From assembly GCA_023245155.1 (NCBI GenBank), contig JAHFKV010000001.1, positions 459,034 to 523,033 on the forward strand: a DNA stretch of 64,000 nucleotides. The letters run 5' to 3'. Numbering within the stretch: the first letter of the stretch is position 1; every line of letters begins with the position of its first letter. The position numbers and the translations under genes were made by a program. Below the pieces are notes generated by a model. That model was not told the DNA's origin, ran no database searches, and saw only the letters and a list, made by a program, of their open reading frames with translations. This DNA comes from Candidatus Staskawiczbacteria bacterium. Its GTDB lineage: Bacteria > Patescibacteriota > Minisyncoccia > Minisyncoccales > Staskawiczbacteraceae. Shown piece by piece: positions 34,467 to 44,304 of the stretch.

Positions 34467-35549
34467 CTATAACCCCTCTTCTTTGAGTTGCTCCAATAAT
34501 TTTTTCTGTTCACGTGTTAATTTCTTTGGCGTTTTGATGATCAATTCCACGTACATATTGCCTCTTCCGTAACTTCCATAATGCACAATCCCCTTTTCGC
34601 TGATGCGTAAAATTTTTCCCGATTCAGTTGCGGGTGGAATTTTTACAATGATATTTTTGTTTTCTAATGTTGGCATGTCTAAACTGCCGCCTAAAATCGC
34701 ATCCGAATAATTAATTTCACGGCTGACATACAAATCATCGCCTTTGCGTAAAAACACCAGATGCTTTTTTACAAAAATCCGCACAAATAAATTTCCTGCC
34801 TTGCCATTTTTCTTGCCAGCGTCGCCTTTACCTTCAATTTCCAGAGCTTGATTATTATCAATTCCCGCGGGAATGGTAAATTCAATGTCTTCTTGCCCTT
34901 TTAATCTGCCTTCCCCATGGCATACGTTGCATGCTTTTTCAGGCTTGTTGCCTTCACCTTTACATTCCGGACAGGTTGCAAAAGCCGTATAACTTCCCAA
35001 AATAGTACGCTTCACTTCTTGGACTTGTCCACTACCGCGGCATGAAAAACATTCATTAATTTTTGTGCCGGGTTCAGCGCCTTTGCCTACACATCGTGTA
35101 CACGTAATTTCTTTTTTCAGAGTAATTTTTTTGTGAATCGGTTGCAAAGTTTCTTCTAATGTAATTTCAATGTCAATTTGAATGTCTTTACCCTTTTTAA
35201 TATCTTTTTTGTTGGCCCTGCGCCCCCCACCTCCGCCAAATTGAAAGAAGTTTTCAAAAATATCCCCCAAATCTTCCGCGTCAAAACCGCTTGCTCCCTG
35301 ATTCTGCCAAGCCCAATTAAAATCTTGGGCGCCACCTCCGCCATTTTGATCAAAGGTTCTGCCAAATTGGTCATACTGTTGGCGTTTTTCGGCGTTGCTC
35401 AAAACCTGATAAGCTTCATTTATCTCTTTAAACTTCTTTTCATCCCCGCCTTTGTCAGGGTGATACTTATGAGCCAGCTTGTGAAAAGCCTTTTTAATTT
35501 CCTCTTGACTGGCCTGTTTAGTTATGCCTAATGTTTCGTAGTAGTCCAT
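34467..35549 (-). CDS. dnaJ: Chaperone DnaJ
   Basis: J-domain with HPD (KYHPDKGGD), a G/F-rich region, and four CxxCxGxG zinc motifs. Confidence 0.9.
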   Translation of the reverse strand: MDYYETLGITKQASQEEIKKAFHKLAHKYHPDKGGDEKKFKEINEAYQVLSNAEKRQQYDQFGRTFDQNGGGGAQDFNWAWQNQGASGFDAEDLGDIFENFFQFGGGGGRRANKKDIKKGKDIQIDIEITLEETLQPIHKKITLKKEITCTRCVGKGAEPGTKINECFSCRGSGQVQEVKRTILGSYTAFATCPECKGEGNKPEKACNVCHGEGRLKGQEDIEFTIPAGIDNNQALEIEGKGDAGKKNGKAGNLFVRIFVKKHLVFLRKGDDLYVSREINYSDAILGGSLDMPTLENKNIIVKIPPATESGKILRISEKGIVHYGSYGRGNMYVELIIKTPKKLTREQKKLLEQLKEEGL

Positions 35550-35663
35550 GTTTTTGAGAATTTAGAATCTAGTATCTAGAATGAAAAGTATGTACAATAA
35601 TTATTTTAACTGATATAGTTACGATGTGTTGTCAATCATTCTCTTTACGAAAAGGATACGACA

Positions 35664-35867
35664 ATGTTCCAAAAGAAGTTCTTTGTCATAGTTTCTTTGT
35701 GTGCTAGCCAACTTTTCTTTGCCATGATGTGTGGCAAAAATTGTTGGTGGGGCACCACAGAAAGCTGGATGTTTTGGTCGTCGCTATATTTCTCCAACGG
35801 AATCGTACTCACTGGATGCGTTGCATCAATCCTATTCAACCGATTCAAAAGGAGGGCCAGCTCTTAA
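35664..35867 (+). CDS. Small Cys/Trp-rich membrane protein (67 aa), hypothetical
   Basis: AAAGGA precedes the ATG. Two hydrophobic segments. A plus-strand terminator follows directly. Confidence 0.4.
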   Translation: MFQKKFFVIVSLCASQLFFAMMCGKNCWWGTTESWMFWSSLYFSNGIVLTGCVASILFNRFKRRASS

Positions 35868-35891
35868 ACCCGCAGGGACTAAGCAGACCCA

Positions 35892-35928
35892 CTGCCTCCG
35901 CTTCATTGATCTGAGGCGGATTTTTTTA
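35892..35928 (+). terminator. Intrinsic terminator
   Basis: CTGCCTC (35892-35898) pairs with GAGGCGG (35913-35919), followed by ATTTTTTT. Confidence 0.5.
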
Positions 35929-37812
35929 CTGTTTTTCCTTAAACTCTCCTTCTTCCGCTCTTGGTTCTTCTTTTGGCTTTTCTTCGGTGCCTGGTGCGCC
36001 AGGTTGCGGTTGCTGTTTATAAAGCTCTGCGCCAATTTTTTGCATGTGCTCACTTAAGTCCTTTGTCTTGGTTTTAATTTCCTCAATGTTATCAGTCTTT
36101 TGCGCTTCTTTCAACGCTAAAATTTTCTCTTCAGCGGTTTTTTTCATGTCTGCGTTTACTTTTTCGCCAGCATCCTTAAGGGTTTTTTCTGCAGTATAAA
36201 CCATGGCATCTGCCAAGTTTTTGGTTTCAATGGATTCTTGTTTTTTCTTGTCTTCCGTAGCGTGAAGCTCAGCATCTTTTTTCATTTTTTCCACTTCTTC
36301 TTTTGAAAGTCCAGAAGACCCCTCAATTTTAATACTTTGCGTTTTGTTGGTAGCCTTATCTTTGGCAGACACATTTAAAATTCCGTTGGCATCAATGTCA
36401 AAGCTGACTTCAATTTGCGGAGTTCCGCGTGGCGCAGCCGGGATGCCATCTAACATAAACCTACCCAGCGTTTTATTATCCGCTGCCATGGGCCTTTCTC
36501 CTTGCAGCACATGGATTTCCACGCTTGGCTGGCTGTCAGCGGCGGTTGAAAAAACTTGCGTTTTGGCCGTTGGCACGGTGGTGTTTTTGCTAATTAAAAC
36601 GGTACTTACCCCGCCCATGGTTTCAATTCCCAGGCTCAGGGGCGTAACATCCAACAGCAACACATCTCGCACATTACCCTGCATAATTCCGCCTTGAGTT
36701 GCAGCGCCAATCGCCACCACTTCGTCCGGATTCACTTCTTTATTGGGTTCTTTGCCAAACAATTTTTTCACTTCTTCAATAATTTTTGGCATTCTGGTTT
36801 GTCCGCCCACCAAAACCACTTCATTAATTTGGCTGGCCTCCAAACCCGCTTCTTTCAAAGTTTTCTTGACCAAATCAATACTTTTATCAATATAATCCCC
36901 CACCATTTGCTCAAACTGCGCTCGGCTCAACTTATAGAGCAAATGTTTTGGCCCATCACTTCCAGAAGTGATAAACGGCAAGTTAATTTCTGTTTCTTGG
37001 CTGCTGGAAAGTTCAATTTTGGCTTTTTCAGCCGCTTCTTTAATTCTTTGCAACGCCAAATTGTCTTTTGACAAATCAATGCCATTGTCTTTTTTGAAAG
37101 CAGTCACAATCCAATCCATCACTTTTTGGTCCAAATCATCCCCGCCCAAATGTGTGTCTCCGCCCGTGGCTTTTACTTCCACGGTGTCAGCACCCACATC
37201 CAAAATGGAAATATCAAACGTTCCTCCGCCAAAGTCATACACCACAATTTTTTCATCTTTCTTTTTGTTAAGTCCATAAGCCAAAGCCGCGGCGGTTGGT
37301 TCGTTAATAACGCGCTTTACATCAAATCCGGCAATTTCTCCGGCAATTTTAGTGGCTTTTCTTTGGCTGTCATCAAAATATGCCGGCACCGTAATAATGG
37401 CTTCGGTAATGGTTTCTCCCAATTTTGCTTCCGCATCAGCTTTTAACTTTTGCAAAATCATAGCGCTGATTTCTGCTGGGTTAAGCCACTTATCTCCCAT
37501 TTTTACATCCACGCCGCCATCGGCACTTTCTTTAATTTCATAGGGCAAATTCTTTTTGTCTTTTTGCACTTCAGCATCAGAAAACTTTCGGCCAATTAAT
37601 CTTTTGACCGAAAAAATGGTATTGGTTGGGTTAGTAACCGATTGCCGTTTAGCCAAAACCCCCACCACGCGCTCACCCGCTTTAGTAATCGCCACAATAG
37701 AAGGCGTAGTCCTAGCCCCCTCTTTATTTTCAATAATCTTCGGCTCCCCATTTTCCACAATCGCCATTGCCGAGTTAGTTGTGCCTAAGTCGATTCCTAG
37801 TATTTTGGACAT
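35926..37812 (-). CDS. dnaK: Chaperone DnaK (Hsp70)
   Basis: [22 protein letters not shown] and [10 protein letters not shown]. The start is moved to the ATG at 37812. Confidence 0.95.
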   Translation of the reverse strand: MSKILGIDLGTTNSAMAIVENGEPKIIENKEGARTTPSIVAITKAGERVVGVLAKRQSVTNPTNTIFSVKRLIGRKFSDAEVQKDKKNLPYEIKESADGGVDVKMGDKWLNPAEISAMILQKLKADAEAKLGETITEAIITVPAYFDDSQRKATKIAGEIAGFDVKRVINEPTAAALAYGLNKKKDEKIVVYDFGGGTFDISILDVGADTVEVKATGGDTHLGGDDLDQKVMDWIVTAFKKDNGIDLSKDNLALQRIKEAAEKAKIELSSSQETEINLPFITSGSDGPKHLLYKLSRAQFEQMVGDYIDKSIDLVKKTLKEAGLEASQINEVVLVGGQTRMPKIIEEVKKLFGKEPNKEVNPDEVVAIGAATQGGIMQGNVRDVLLLDVTPLSLGIETMGGVSTVLISKNTTVPTAKTQVFSTAADSQPSVEIHVLQGERPMAADNKTLGRFMLDGIPAAPRGTPQIEVSFDIDANGILNVSAKDKATNKTQSIKIEGSSGLSKEEVEKMKKDAELHATEDKKKQESIETKNLADAMVYTAEKTLKDAGEKVNADMKKTAEEKILALKEAQKTDNIEEIKTKTKDLSEHMQKIGAELYKQQPQPGAPGTEEKPKEEPRAEEGEFKEKQ

Positions 37813-37924
37813 GAATTTTGAACGAAGTGAGAAATTCACTTTGAAAATCAGGTTGAAATTTTCATATACCGTCACTTCTAGACCTGATTTTCATTGCGAC
37901 ACCTTACTTTGTTGCTTTAATTAT

Positions 37925-38305
37925 TTAATTTTTATTAAACCAATATTCTGGTAGTAAATCTTTTAACTTCAAAACTTTATTTTCTAAAATAACTTCTATT
38001 TCTTTGTTTTCTGGATTTATCTGCATCATTAATTCTCTACATTTACCGCACGGGGATAAAATTTTACCATCGCTTCCAACCGCTACAATTGTTTTTATCT
38101 TTGATTCGCCGCTAGTCGTCATACTTGCGATTGCACTCACCTCGGCACAAAATCCAATTCCACAACCACAGTCCAAGCAAGTGCCAACATATATATTTCC
38201 CTTGTCAGTTATTAGCGCAGAGCCAACTTGACCAATTACACATTGCTCGCTTAATTTCTTTTCAATGGCAACTTCGGTAGCCCTTTTTATTAATTCTTTT
38301 TCCAT
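37925..38305 (-). CDS. cdd: Cytidine/deoxycytidylate deaminase-fold protein (small homotetrameric CDA type)
   Basis: Zinc motifs CAEVSAIASM and PCGKCRE. 126 aa. Confidence 0.75.
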   Translation of the reverse strand: MEKELIKRATEVAIEKKLSEQCVIGQVGSALITDKGNIYVGTCLDCGCGIGFCAEVSAIASMTTSGESKIKTIVAVGSDGKILSPCGKCRELMMQINPENKEIEVILENKVLKLKDLLPEYWFNKN

Positions 38306-38310
38306 AAAAG

Positions 38311-38859
38311 TTATTTCTTTTTTAGTTTGAATAATTGCGTGTCGTATCCCAGCTTCTCCTCATCTTTTTCAGTTAATCTGAACGGTTTTACTGCCTCAAA
38401 TAACTCTTTTCTGATTGATTCAGCGTCTGAATTTGCGTCATCGGTCATTTTTTCAAGCTCCATGAAGGTTCCCAATCCTTCCACGTTATCCAAGCACACT
38501 TCGTACTTCCCTAATTTACCTTTCTTGCGCGTTTTCTTCACTTCCACTTCCGGTTTCCAGCCTAAGGCTAACAGTATTTGGTGCATTATCTTGCCATCCT
38601 CAACCTTAGTTTCGTATTCGTCATTATCTAATTCGTGCGTTCGTTGCCGTTTGAGCGTAACCTTGGCCGTGCCGTTTTCGTTCCGGATTCTCATCACCAG
38701 TAATCCCTCCCTTGGTGTGGTAAATATGCTGGGGTCATTTAATGAATACACCACATCATGCTGCGAAATTTCTTTGGAAATCAGCAAACCAGCATCGGTC
38801 AGCTTTTTCTCAAGTTCATCCAAATTATTCACCCGTAATTTTATTTCTATTTCGCGCAT
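38311..38859 (-). CDS. CYTH-domain protein (class IV adenylate cyclase / triphosphate tunnel metalloenzyme)
   Basis: N-terminal EIEIKLRV (ExExK) motif. Length and charge pattern are typical of CyaB/ThTPase-like CYTH proteins. Confidence 0.7.
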   Translation of the reverse strand: MREIEIKLRVNNLDELEKKLTDAGLLISKEISQHDVVYSLNDPSIFTTPREGLLVMRIRNENGTAKVTLKRQRTHELDNDEYETKVEDGKIMHQILLALGWKPEVEVKKTRKKGKLGKYEVCLDNVEGLGTFMELEKMTDDANSDAESIRKELFEAVKPFRLTEKDEEKLGYDTQLFKLKKK

Positions 38860-38860
38860 G

Positions 38861-39595
38861 TTACTTTAGTAAGTCTTTTATATTTGAATTACTGATTCCA
38901 AGCGAAAGTGATGCGGTTAAATTTGGTGGCAATTGCCATGAATTAAATCCATGCACCCAGCCTATCACTTTCCCACTCCGCGAAGAGATGATCGGGCTTC
39001 CGCTGCACCCAGGGAAAAACAATTGATCTACTTCAAACAAATGTACGCCCTTCATGATTACAGTTTCTTCCACACCCTGGGGGTTGATAAATTTATAACT
39101 GTTATCTTTTATATATTTAGTAACGATATTCCCCTTAAAAAGCCTTGGCGTAATGCTTAAGTCTCCCAAGGTGCCAGCGCTTAGCCATTCAACTTGATCT
39201 CCTGCATCCGGTTCTTGCGGGTCGAAATCCAGAGCCTTAATGTTATTGGGAATTCCCATTAATGTAGCTATTTCTGTATTTTGCGTGCTATCTATTTGTA
39301 AAATGGCAAGATCCCACTCTGGTTTAAATGTTATTTGGTGTACTTTCAATGAACTAATTTGGATATTCCGCAAATCAAAATCTGGTGTATTGTCACTTCT
39401 TTTGATAATAGAGTATATGATTTTCCCATTATTATCTTCACTACCCTCACCCACCACATGGTTGCATGTGATAATTTTTACTGGATTAGTATCAATAACA
39501 AAACCCGTGCCCACCACGCGAGCATTATTTTCTTTTAACGAGGTATCAATTCTTAAAATTGCGAAAACACTATCGTAATATTTTATTTGGTTCAT
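38861..39595 (-). CDS. Trypsin-like serine protease (S1 family), no signal peptide
   Basis: GTGFVIDTN..ITCNHVV (His) and FPGCSGSPI (Ser). There is no N-terminal hydrophobic segment. Confidence 0.7.
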   Translation of the reverse strand: MNQIKYYDSVFAILRIDTSLKENNARVVGTGFVIDTNPVKIITCNHVVGEGSEDNNGKIIYSIIKRSDNTPDFDLRNIQISSLKVHQITFKPEWDLAILQIDSTQNTEIATLMGIPNNIKALDFDPQEPDAGDQVEWLSAGTLGDLSITPRLFKGNIVTKYIKDNSYKFINPQGVEETVIMKGVHLFEVDQLFFPGCSGSPIISSRSGKVIGWVHGFNSWQLPPNLTASLSLGISNSNIKDLLK

Positions 39596-39600
39596 GGAAA

Positions 39601-40053
39601 TTATTTGTTTACCTTTATCTTACTTGGCCTCAATACCTTTTCCCCCATCATATATCCTTTTTGTAATTCCTCTGCCACTGTTCCGCTTTCGCCGCCTTCT
39701 ACTTCCTCTACGATTTCCATGGTTTCTGGGTTGAATTTCTGGCCGATTACGACAATCTCCTCAATCCCCTCTTTTTTTAGAAAATCAACAATCTGTTTGA
39801 TAATCTGCGAAATGCCTTCGTTATCGGGTAAACTTTTTTGTGCCAAATAAATACTATCAAAAATGGGCAATACTTTTTCAATTAAATCGGCTTTACTATA
39901 TTGTAACAGAGTCCCCATGCGCTCCATTTCATCTTTTTTGTAATTTGCCAAATCTGCCGCCGCTCGCTTCCAGTTATTCAAATACTCATCCGCTTTATCT
40001 GGTTCTTTTTTTACCTGCCCTGAATCTTGTTGAAGGGTTTCTTCGTCTGTCAT
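39601..40053 (-). CDS. grpE: Nucleotide exchange factor GrpE
   Basis: WKRAAADLANYKKD and the C-terminal GYMMGEKVLRPSKIKV. Confidence 0.85.
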   Translation of the reverse strand: MTDEETLQQDSGQVKKEPDKADEYLNNWKRAAADLANYKKDEMERMGTLLQYSKADLIEKVLPIFDSIYLAQKSLPDNEGISQIIKQIVDFLKKEGIEEIVVIGQKFNPETMEIVEEVEGGESGTVAEELQKGYMMGEKVLRPSKIKVNK

Positions 40054-40055
40054 TG

Positions 40056-40490
40056 TTATAATGAGCCTAAAATAGTTAATATTTCATAAACGGTCTCCTG
40101 CTCCACCGAACCTTGAGCCTCGTCCAGTAACGTTAATTTTCGGTGCAAGGATTTTACCAGATCTTCTGCTATAGCTAATTCTTTTTTAATGTTTTCACGG
40201 GTTTCCTGGATTTCGCGGGAAATAAAATGAGGTAGTTGATGATGTTGGGGGGTAATGGTAACCGTAACAAAATAGCGGTATCCCTTTTCGGTTGGCACGC
40301 GGCCGGCGGAAGTATGGGGCTGAGCCACGTACCCTGCTTCCATGAGTTCTTGTAATTCGTTGCGAATGGTAGCAGGAGACATATCAAGCCTGCCCTTTTT
40401 CTTTAAAAGATTTGAACTAATCGGTCCGGCATGGTCAATGTATTCTCTAATCAATATTTCCAATAATTTCCCTTGGCGGTCACTTAACAT
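40056..40490 (-). CDS. hrcA: HrcA-like heat-shock repressor, N-terminal winged-helix portion only (144 aa)
   Basis: LSDRQGKLLEILIREYIDHAGPISSNLL...SPATIRNELQELMEAGYVAQPHTSAGRVPTEKGYRYFV. It is much shorter than canonical HrcA. Confidence 0.75.
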   Translation of the reverse strand: MLSDRQGKLLEILIREYIDHAGPISSNLLKKKGRLDMSPATIRNELQELMEAGYVAQPHTSAGRVPTEKGYRYFVTVTITPQHHQLPHFISREIQETRENIKKELAIAEDLVKSLHRKLTLLDEAQGSVEQETVYEILTILGSL

Positions 40491-40515
40491 GTAAAGATGA
40501 ACCTATTGTAGCAAA

Positions 40516-40542
40516 TTAGCAAACGCTGTCAAGGACTGCTAA
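40516..40542. promoter_or_regulatory. CIRCE-like operator TTAGCAAAC-N9-GACTGCTAA
   Basis: Compare the consensus TTAGCACTC-N9-GAGTGCTAA. The outer 6 bp of each arm are perfect. It sits 26 nt upstream of the hrcA start. Confidence 0.6.
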
Positions 40543-40549
40543 TTGCTTA

Positions 40550-40601
40550 CTACAAACAAAGAAGGCGGGTTAATGCCTTCAGTGATTTGGGCGAACCCGC
40601 C
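40550..40601 (-). terminator. Hairpin terminator after the GC-rich 67-aa ORF
   Basis: GGCGGGTT (40564-40571) pairs with AACCCGCC (40594-40601), followed by a U-rich tail on the minus strand. Confidence 0.45.
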
Positions 40602-40611
40602 ATGCGATTGT

Positions 40612-40815
40612 CTACGAGAACGAACTTCTTTCCCGAAGTTTGTCTGCTGGATTCCAGACTTCGAAGGTTAGCACTATACCCGGCGGAGCATTTTTTACCG
40701 CGTCAAGAATACGCAGCATTAGCTCGACGAGTTCGGCCTTATCCTTCTTGGAAATGACTTGTTCTCTGAACATGGGAGTCATCGGAGGATGCTGCCTGAA
40801 ACGAGTAACGGCCAT
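40612..40815 (-). CDS. Hypothetical protein (67 aa), GC-rich
   Basis: AAGGAG lies 6 nt upstream of the ATG. The gene has its own terminator. I recognise no family. Confidence 0.5.
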   Translation of the reverse strand: MAVTRFRQHPPMTPMFREQVISKKDKAELVELMLRILDAVKNAPPGIVLTFEVWNPADKLRERSSFS

Positions 40816-40920
40816 AGGTGACTCCTTCTTTGAGATGATGTGATTGGCTCGACGCTAAATTAAATGATTTTAATGCAGTGTTAAACCAATCACTACAAAG
40901 AACAACGTTATTAAATCATC

Positions 40921-41298
40921 CTACGTCTTTTTGTTTTTCAAATCAAGACATACCGAGTTAATACAGTATCGTTTGCCGGTTTCTGTTGGGCCATCGTCAA
41001 AAACATGTCCTAAATGTGATTTACAATTTGAGCAAATAATTTCTATACGCCTGGAACCATCCTCATCTTCCTGCTGGATAATTGCTCCTGGAATAGCTTT
41101 GTCAAAACTGGGCCAGCCGGTGCCGCTGTCAAATTGCGCATCGCTAGCAAAAAGCGCTTGACCACACACCATACACACATAGCTGCCATCTTCCGATTTG
41201 TGCACATATTTTCCCGTGAAAGGCCGCTCAGTCCCCTTCTCTCTTAACACATGATACTGTTCTTTGGTAAGTTTTTGTTTAATGTCTTCTTCTTGCAT
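40921..41298 (-). CDS. msrB: Peptide-methionine (R)-S-oxide reductase MsrB
   Basis: Two CxxC zinc motifs (CMVCGQ, CSNCKSHLGHVF) and RYCINS. Confidence 0.9.
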   Translation of the reverse strand: MQEEDIKQKLTKEQYHVLREKGTERPFTGKYVHKSEDGSYVCMVCGQALFASDAQFDSGTGWPSFDKAIPGAIIQQEDEDGSRRIEIICSNCKSHLGHVFDDGPTETGKRYCINSVCLDLKNKKT

Positions 41299-41302
41299 AA
41301 TT

Positions 41303-41836
41303 TTACCTTAATAATTTAGCAAACTTTTCCTGAACTTTTTTTAGTTTTGGGTTAATGATGACTTGGCAATATCCCTGCTGCTTATTATTTTCGTAGTAGT
41401 TTTTATGATACTCTTCAGCGGGATAAAATTCTGTAAGTGGTTCAATAGCTGTGACGATAGGTTTGCCCAGTTGGTTGCTGGCATTAATATCTGCAATAAA
41501 TTTTTCGCAAATTTCTCGTTGGTTTAGATTTACATAAAAGATAACAGAACGATACATGTCGCCCACGTCATAATCTTGTTTATTTACGCTCGTCGGATCA
41601 TGGCTGGCAAAAAATACGGTTAGCAATGTCTCCAGCGGAATAGTATCAGCATCGTATTCTATCCTCGCCGCTTCAGCGTGGCCGGTAAAACCATTAACAA
41701 CCTGCTCATATGTTGGGTTTTTAATTTTACCACCCGCATACCCAGGTTCAACCGAAACGACGCCCTTAAGCATCTTAAAAACCGCTTCGGTGCACCAAAA
41801 ACATCCTCCACCAAATACGACTGTCTCCATTTTCAT
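41303..41836 (-). CDS. msrA: Peptide-methionine (S)-S-oxide reductase MsrA
   Basis: GGGCFWC active-site motif and GYAGG. Confidence 0.9.
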   Translation of the reverse strand: MKMETVVFGGGCFWCTEAVFKMLKGVVSVEPGYAGGKIKNPTYEQVVNGFTGHAEAARIEYDADTIPLETLLTVFFASHDPTSVNKQDYDVGDMYRSVIFYVNLNQREICEKFIADINASNQLGKPIVTAIEPLTEFYPAEEYHKNYYENNKQQGYCQVIINPKLKKVQEKFAKLLR

Positions 41837-41890
41837 GACCTCATTGTACCATAAAAGCGCCCGTTAACCGAGCGCTTTTATTGTTCTTGA

Positions 41891-42325
41891 TTAGTCTACG
41901 CAAACTCCAGAGGCCGGGCACCGGTCAGTGCAACCGTTAGCATTCTGGGTAACTTTTTTGTAGCCGGTATAGTCAACGCAGAATGTAGATCCGGCAGGTT
42001 CAGCAGTAGTGGTTTTTAAGGTTGAACACCCACACCAGGTGGTGGCAGTACAAGTATGTGCCGGAGTTCCGCCCGCAGCCAGAATTGCAGCTTCAGGTCC
42101 GGTTAATTTTGGATCTGCGCAGAAAGCTGTGTAATTTCCATTCTGATCAAAATACACTGCTCCGTTAGTTAATACCGTGGCCTCATTTCCCTTGATGGCC
42201 GAATTTTTACCCTGATTGATGTAGCCAGTGACATTTACCAGTACAATGGCTGCTAAAACGGCGATGATGGCAACCACCACGAGTAACTCGATGATGGTAA
42301 AGCCTTTTGATAAGATTTTCTTCAT
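41891..42325 (-). CDS. Type IV pilin (second, unlinked copy), Cys-rich C-terminal domain
   Basis: SKG|FTIIELLVVVAIIAVLAAIVL. Confidence 0.8.
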   Translation of the reverse strand: MKKILSKGFTIIELLVVVAIIAVLAAIVLVNVTGYINQGKNSAIKGNEATVLTNGAVYFDQNGNYTAFCADPKLTGPEAAILAAGGTPAHTCTATTWCGCSTLKTTTAEPAGSTFCVDYTGYKKVTQNANGCTDRCPASGVCVD

Positions 42326-42391
42326 AGGTTTTAATTAATAGTATTTATCTATTATAATTCCCATGAAGATTAGTGCGCAAGTGGATAAATG

Positions 42392-44206
42392 CTATCCCTT
42401 CGCTTTTCGTTCAGCTTGTTTAGCGGTCAGTTCGGTTAAATACATTTTCCGGATGCGTACCGTTTTGGGCGTAATTTCCACTAATTCATCATCACTAATG
42501 TATTCAAGGGCATCTTCCAGCCCCATTTCCTTTGGTACGTTGAAATGCTCATCACTTCCTTCGCCCTTGCTCCGCATATTGGAAAGTTGTTTAGTTTTGC
42601 ATACGTTCACGCGGATATCTTCACTGCGGGAATTTTGCCCTACCACCTGGCCCTCATACACCGCAATGCCATGATCCAAAAACAACACTCCCCTATCTTG
42701 CACATTGATTAAACCATAGTAATTGGTGATTCCTGATTCTGAAGCGACCAGGGAGCCATTGTTCGGTTCCTTCCAATTTCCTGGATCTTCCATATATTGA
42801 TGAAAACTGGTGTTCATGATGCCCAAGCCTTTGGTATCAGTTAAAAATTCATTGCGGTAACCAAACAAGCCCTTCGTGGGGATAATAAATTCCAAGAAAA
42901 CCGTTGTTCCGTGGCTGCGCATTTCTTTCATTTCCCCCTTCCGGCCGCCTAATTTTTGGATAACGGCGCCATGATATTGTTCAGGCACTTCAATAAATAT
43001 CCGTTCCCAGGGAACCATATCCTTGCCATCCACTTGCCGCATAATAACTTGGGGGCGGCTAACTTGGAATTCATAACCTTCCCGGCGCAACCGTTCAATG
43101 AAAATGGCCAGATGTAATTCTCCCCGGCCTGAAACAATCCAGTGGGTTGGGTCAGTTTCTTGAACGCGTAAGGCCACATCGGTTTCTAGTTCTTTAAAAA
43201 GCCTCTCTTTGATTTGACGTGAAGTGCAAAATTCCCCTTCTTTACCCGCAAACGGCGAATCATTAACCATAAAGGTCATTTTAACGGTGGGTTCTTCAAT
43301 GTTAATGATGGGCAAAGCGTTGGGATTCTCTGCGTCTGCGATGGTTTCGCCAATGGTGGCATCAGGGATCCCGGCGATAGCGCAGATGTCGCCGGCAGTT
43401 ACCTTATCAGTTTCAATTTTTCCCAATCCAGCGAACGTCATAAGTGAGGTAATGCGATATTTTTTCTGGACTCCTTGGCGATTAATCTGCGTGATTTCCT
43501 GTCCGGTTTGCACTACCCCGTTATACACGCGGCCAATGGCAATCCGGCCCTTAAAATTGTCAGCTGCAATAGAGGTCACCAGTATTTGCAAGGGTTTGGC
43601 CGCGTCAACCACCGGGCTGGGAATGTGCTGGATAATGGCATCAAAAATTGGCACAATATCGGTCATTTTTGCCAAATCCGGCTCTAGCCCTGCCTTACCA
43701 TCTCTTCCTGAAGCATAAATAACTGGAAAATCTAAAGAGTGGTCCCCCGCGCCAAGTTCCAAAAATAATTCCAACGTGGCATCAAGAGCCCATTGAATGC
43801 GCGCATCCGGTTTGTCTATTTTATTGACCACTACAATAATTTTGTGGCCCATTTCCAAAGCTTTTTTTAAAACGAATCTGGTTTGGGGCATGGGGCCCTC
43901 TTTGGCGTCAATTAACAGCAAGCAACCATCGGCCATATTCAAAACGCGCTCCACTTCCCCGCCAAAATCGGCGTGACCGGGCGTGTCAATGATGTTAATT
44001 TTAATGTCTTTATATTGTACTGAAGCGTTTTTTGAAAAAATGGTGATGCCGCGTTCCCGTTCCAATTCATTGCTGTCCATAATCATTTCCTGATCCTTGG
44101 CTTCTTTGTTTAAATGTGTTTTTGACTGACGCAAAAGCGCGTCCACTAATGTGGTTTTCCCGTGGTCAACGTGAGCGATGATGGCGATATTTCGCAGATT
44201 GTTCAT
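42392..44206 (-). CDS. typA: Translational GTPase TypA/BipA
   Basis: NIAIIAHVDHGKTTLVD, DTPGHADF and NKID. The start is moved to the ATG at 44206. Confidence 0.9.
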   Translation of the reverse strand: MNNLRNIAIIAHVDHGKTTLVDALLRQSKTHLNKEAKDQEMIMDSNELERERGITIFSKNASVQYKDIKINIIDTPGHADFGGEVERVLNMADGCLLLIDAKEGPMPQTRFVLKKALEMGHKIIVVVNKIDKPDARIQWALDATLELFLELGAGDHSLDFPVIYASGRDGKAGLEPDLAKMTDIVPIFDAIIQHIPSPVVDAAKPLQILVTSIAADNFKGRIAIGRVYNGVVQTGQEITQINRQGVQKKYRITSLMTFAGLGKIETDKVTAGDICAIAGIPDATIGETIADAENPNALPIINIEEPTVKMTFMVNDSPFAGKEGEFCTSRQIKERLFKELETDVALRVQETDPTHWIVSGRGELHLAIFIERLRREGYEFQVSRPQVIMRQVDGKDMVPWERIFIEVPEQYHGAVIQKLGGRKGEMKEMRSHGTTVFLEFIIPTKGLFGYRNEFLTDTKGLGIMNTSFHQYMEDPGNWKEPNNGSLVASESGITNYYGLINVQDRGVLFLDHGIAVYEGQVVGQNSRSEDIRVNVCKTKQLSNMRSKGEGSDEHFNVPKEMGLEDALEYISDDELVEITPKTVRIRKMYLTELTAKQAERKAKG

Positions 44207-44304
44207 GCGTTTGATTATAATATAAAAATTAGAGAATGTCAAAAGAAAATCCCGCGCAGATGTAAACATGCTTGCGCGGGACAGATGCGAGATTGGTGGA
44301 CGGC

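Noticed and set aside
35550-35640. Repeated TAGAAT/TTCTAGA motifs upstream of dnaJ as a second heat-shock operator.
   Set aside because: They form direct rather than inverted repeats and do not resemble the CIRCE or HAIR consensus. They may simply be AT-rich promoter sequence.
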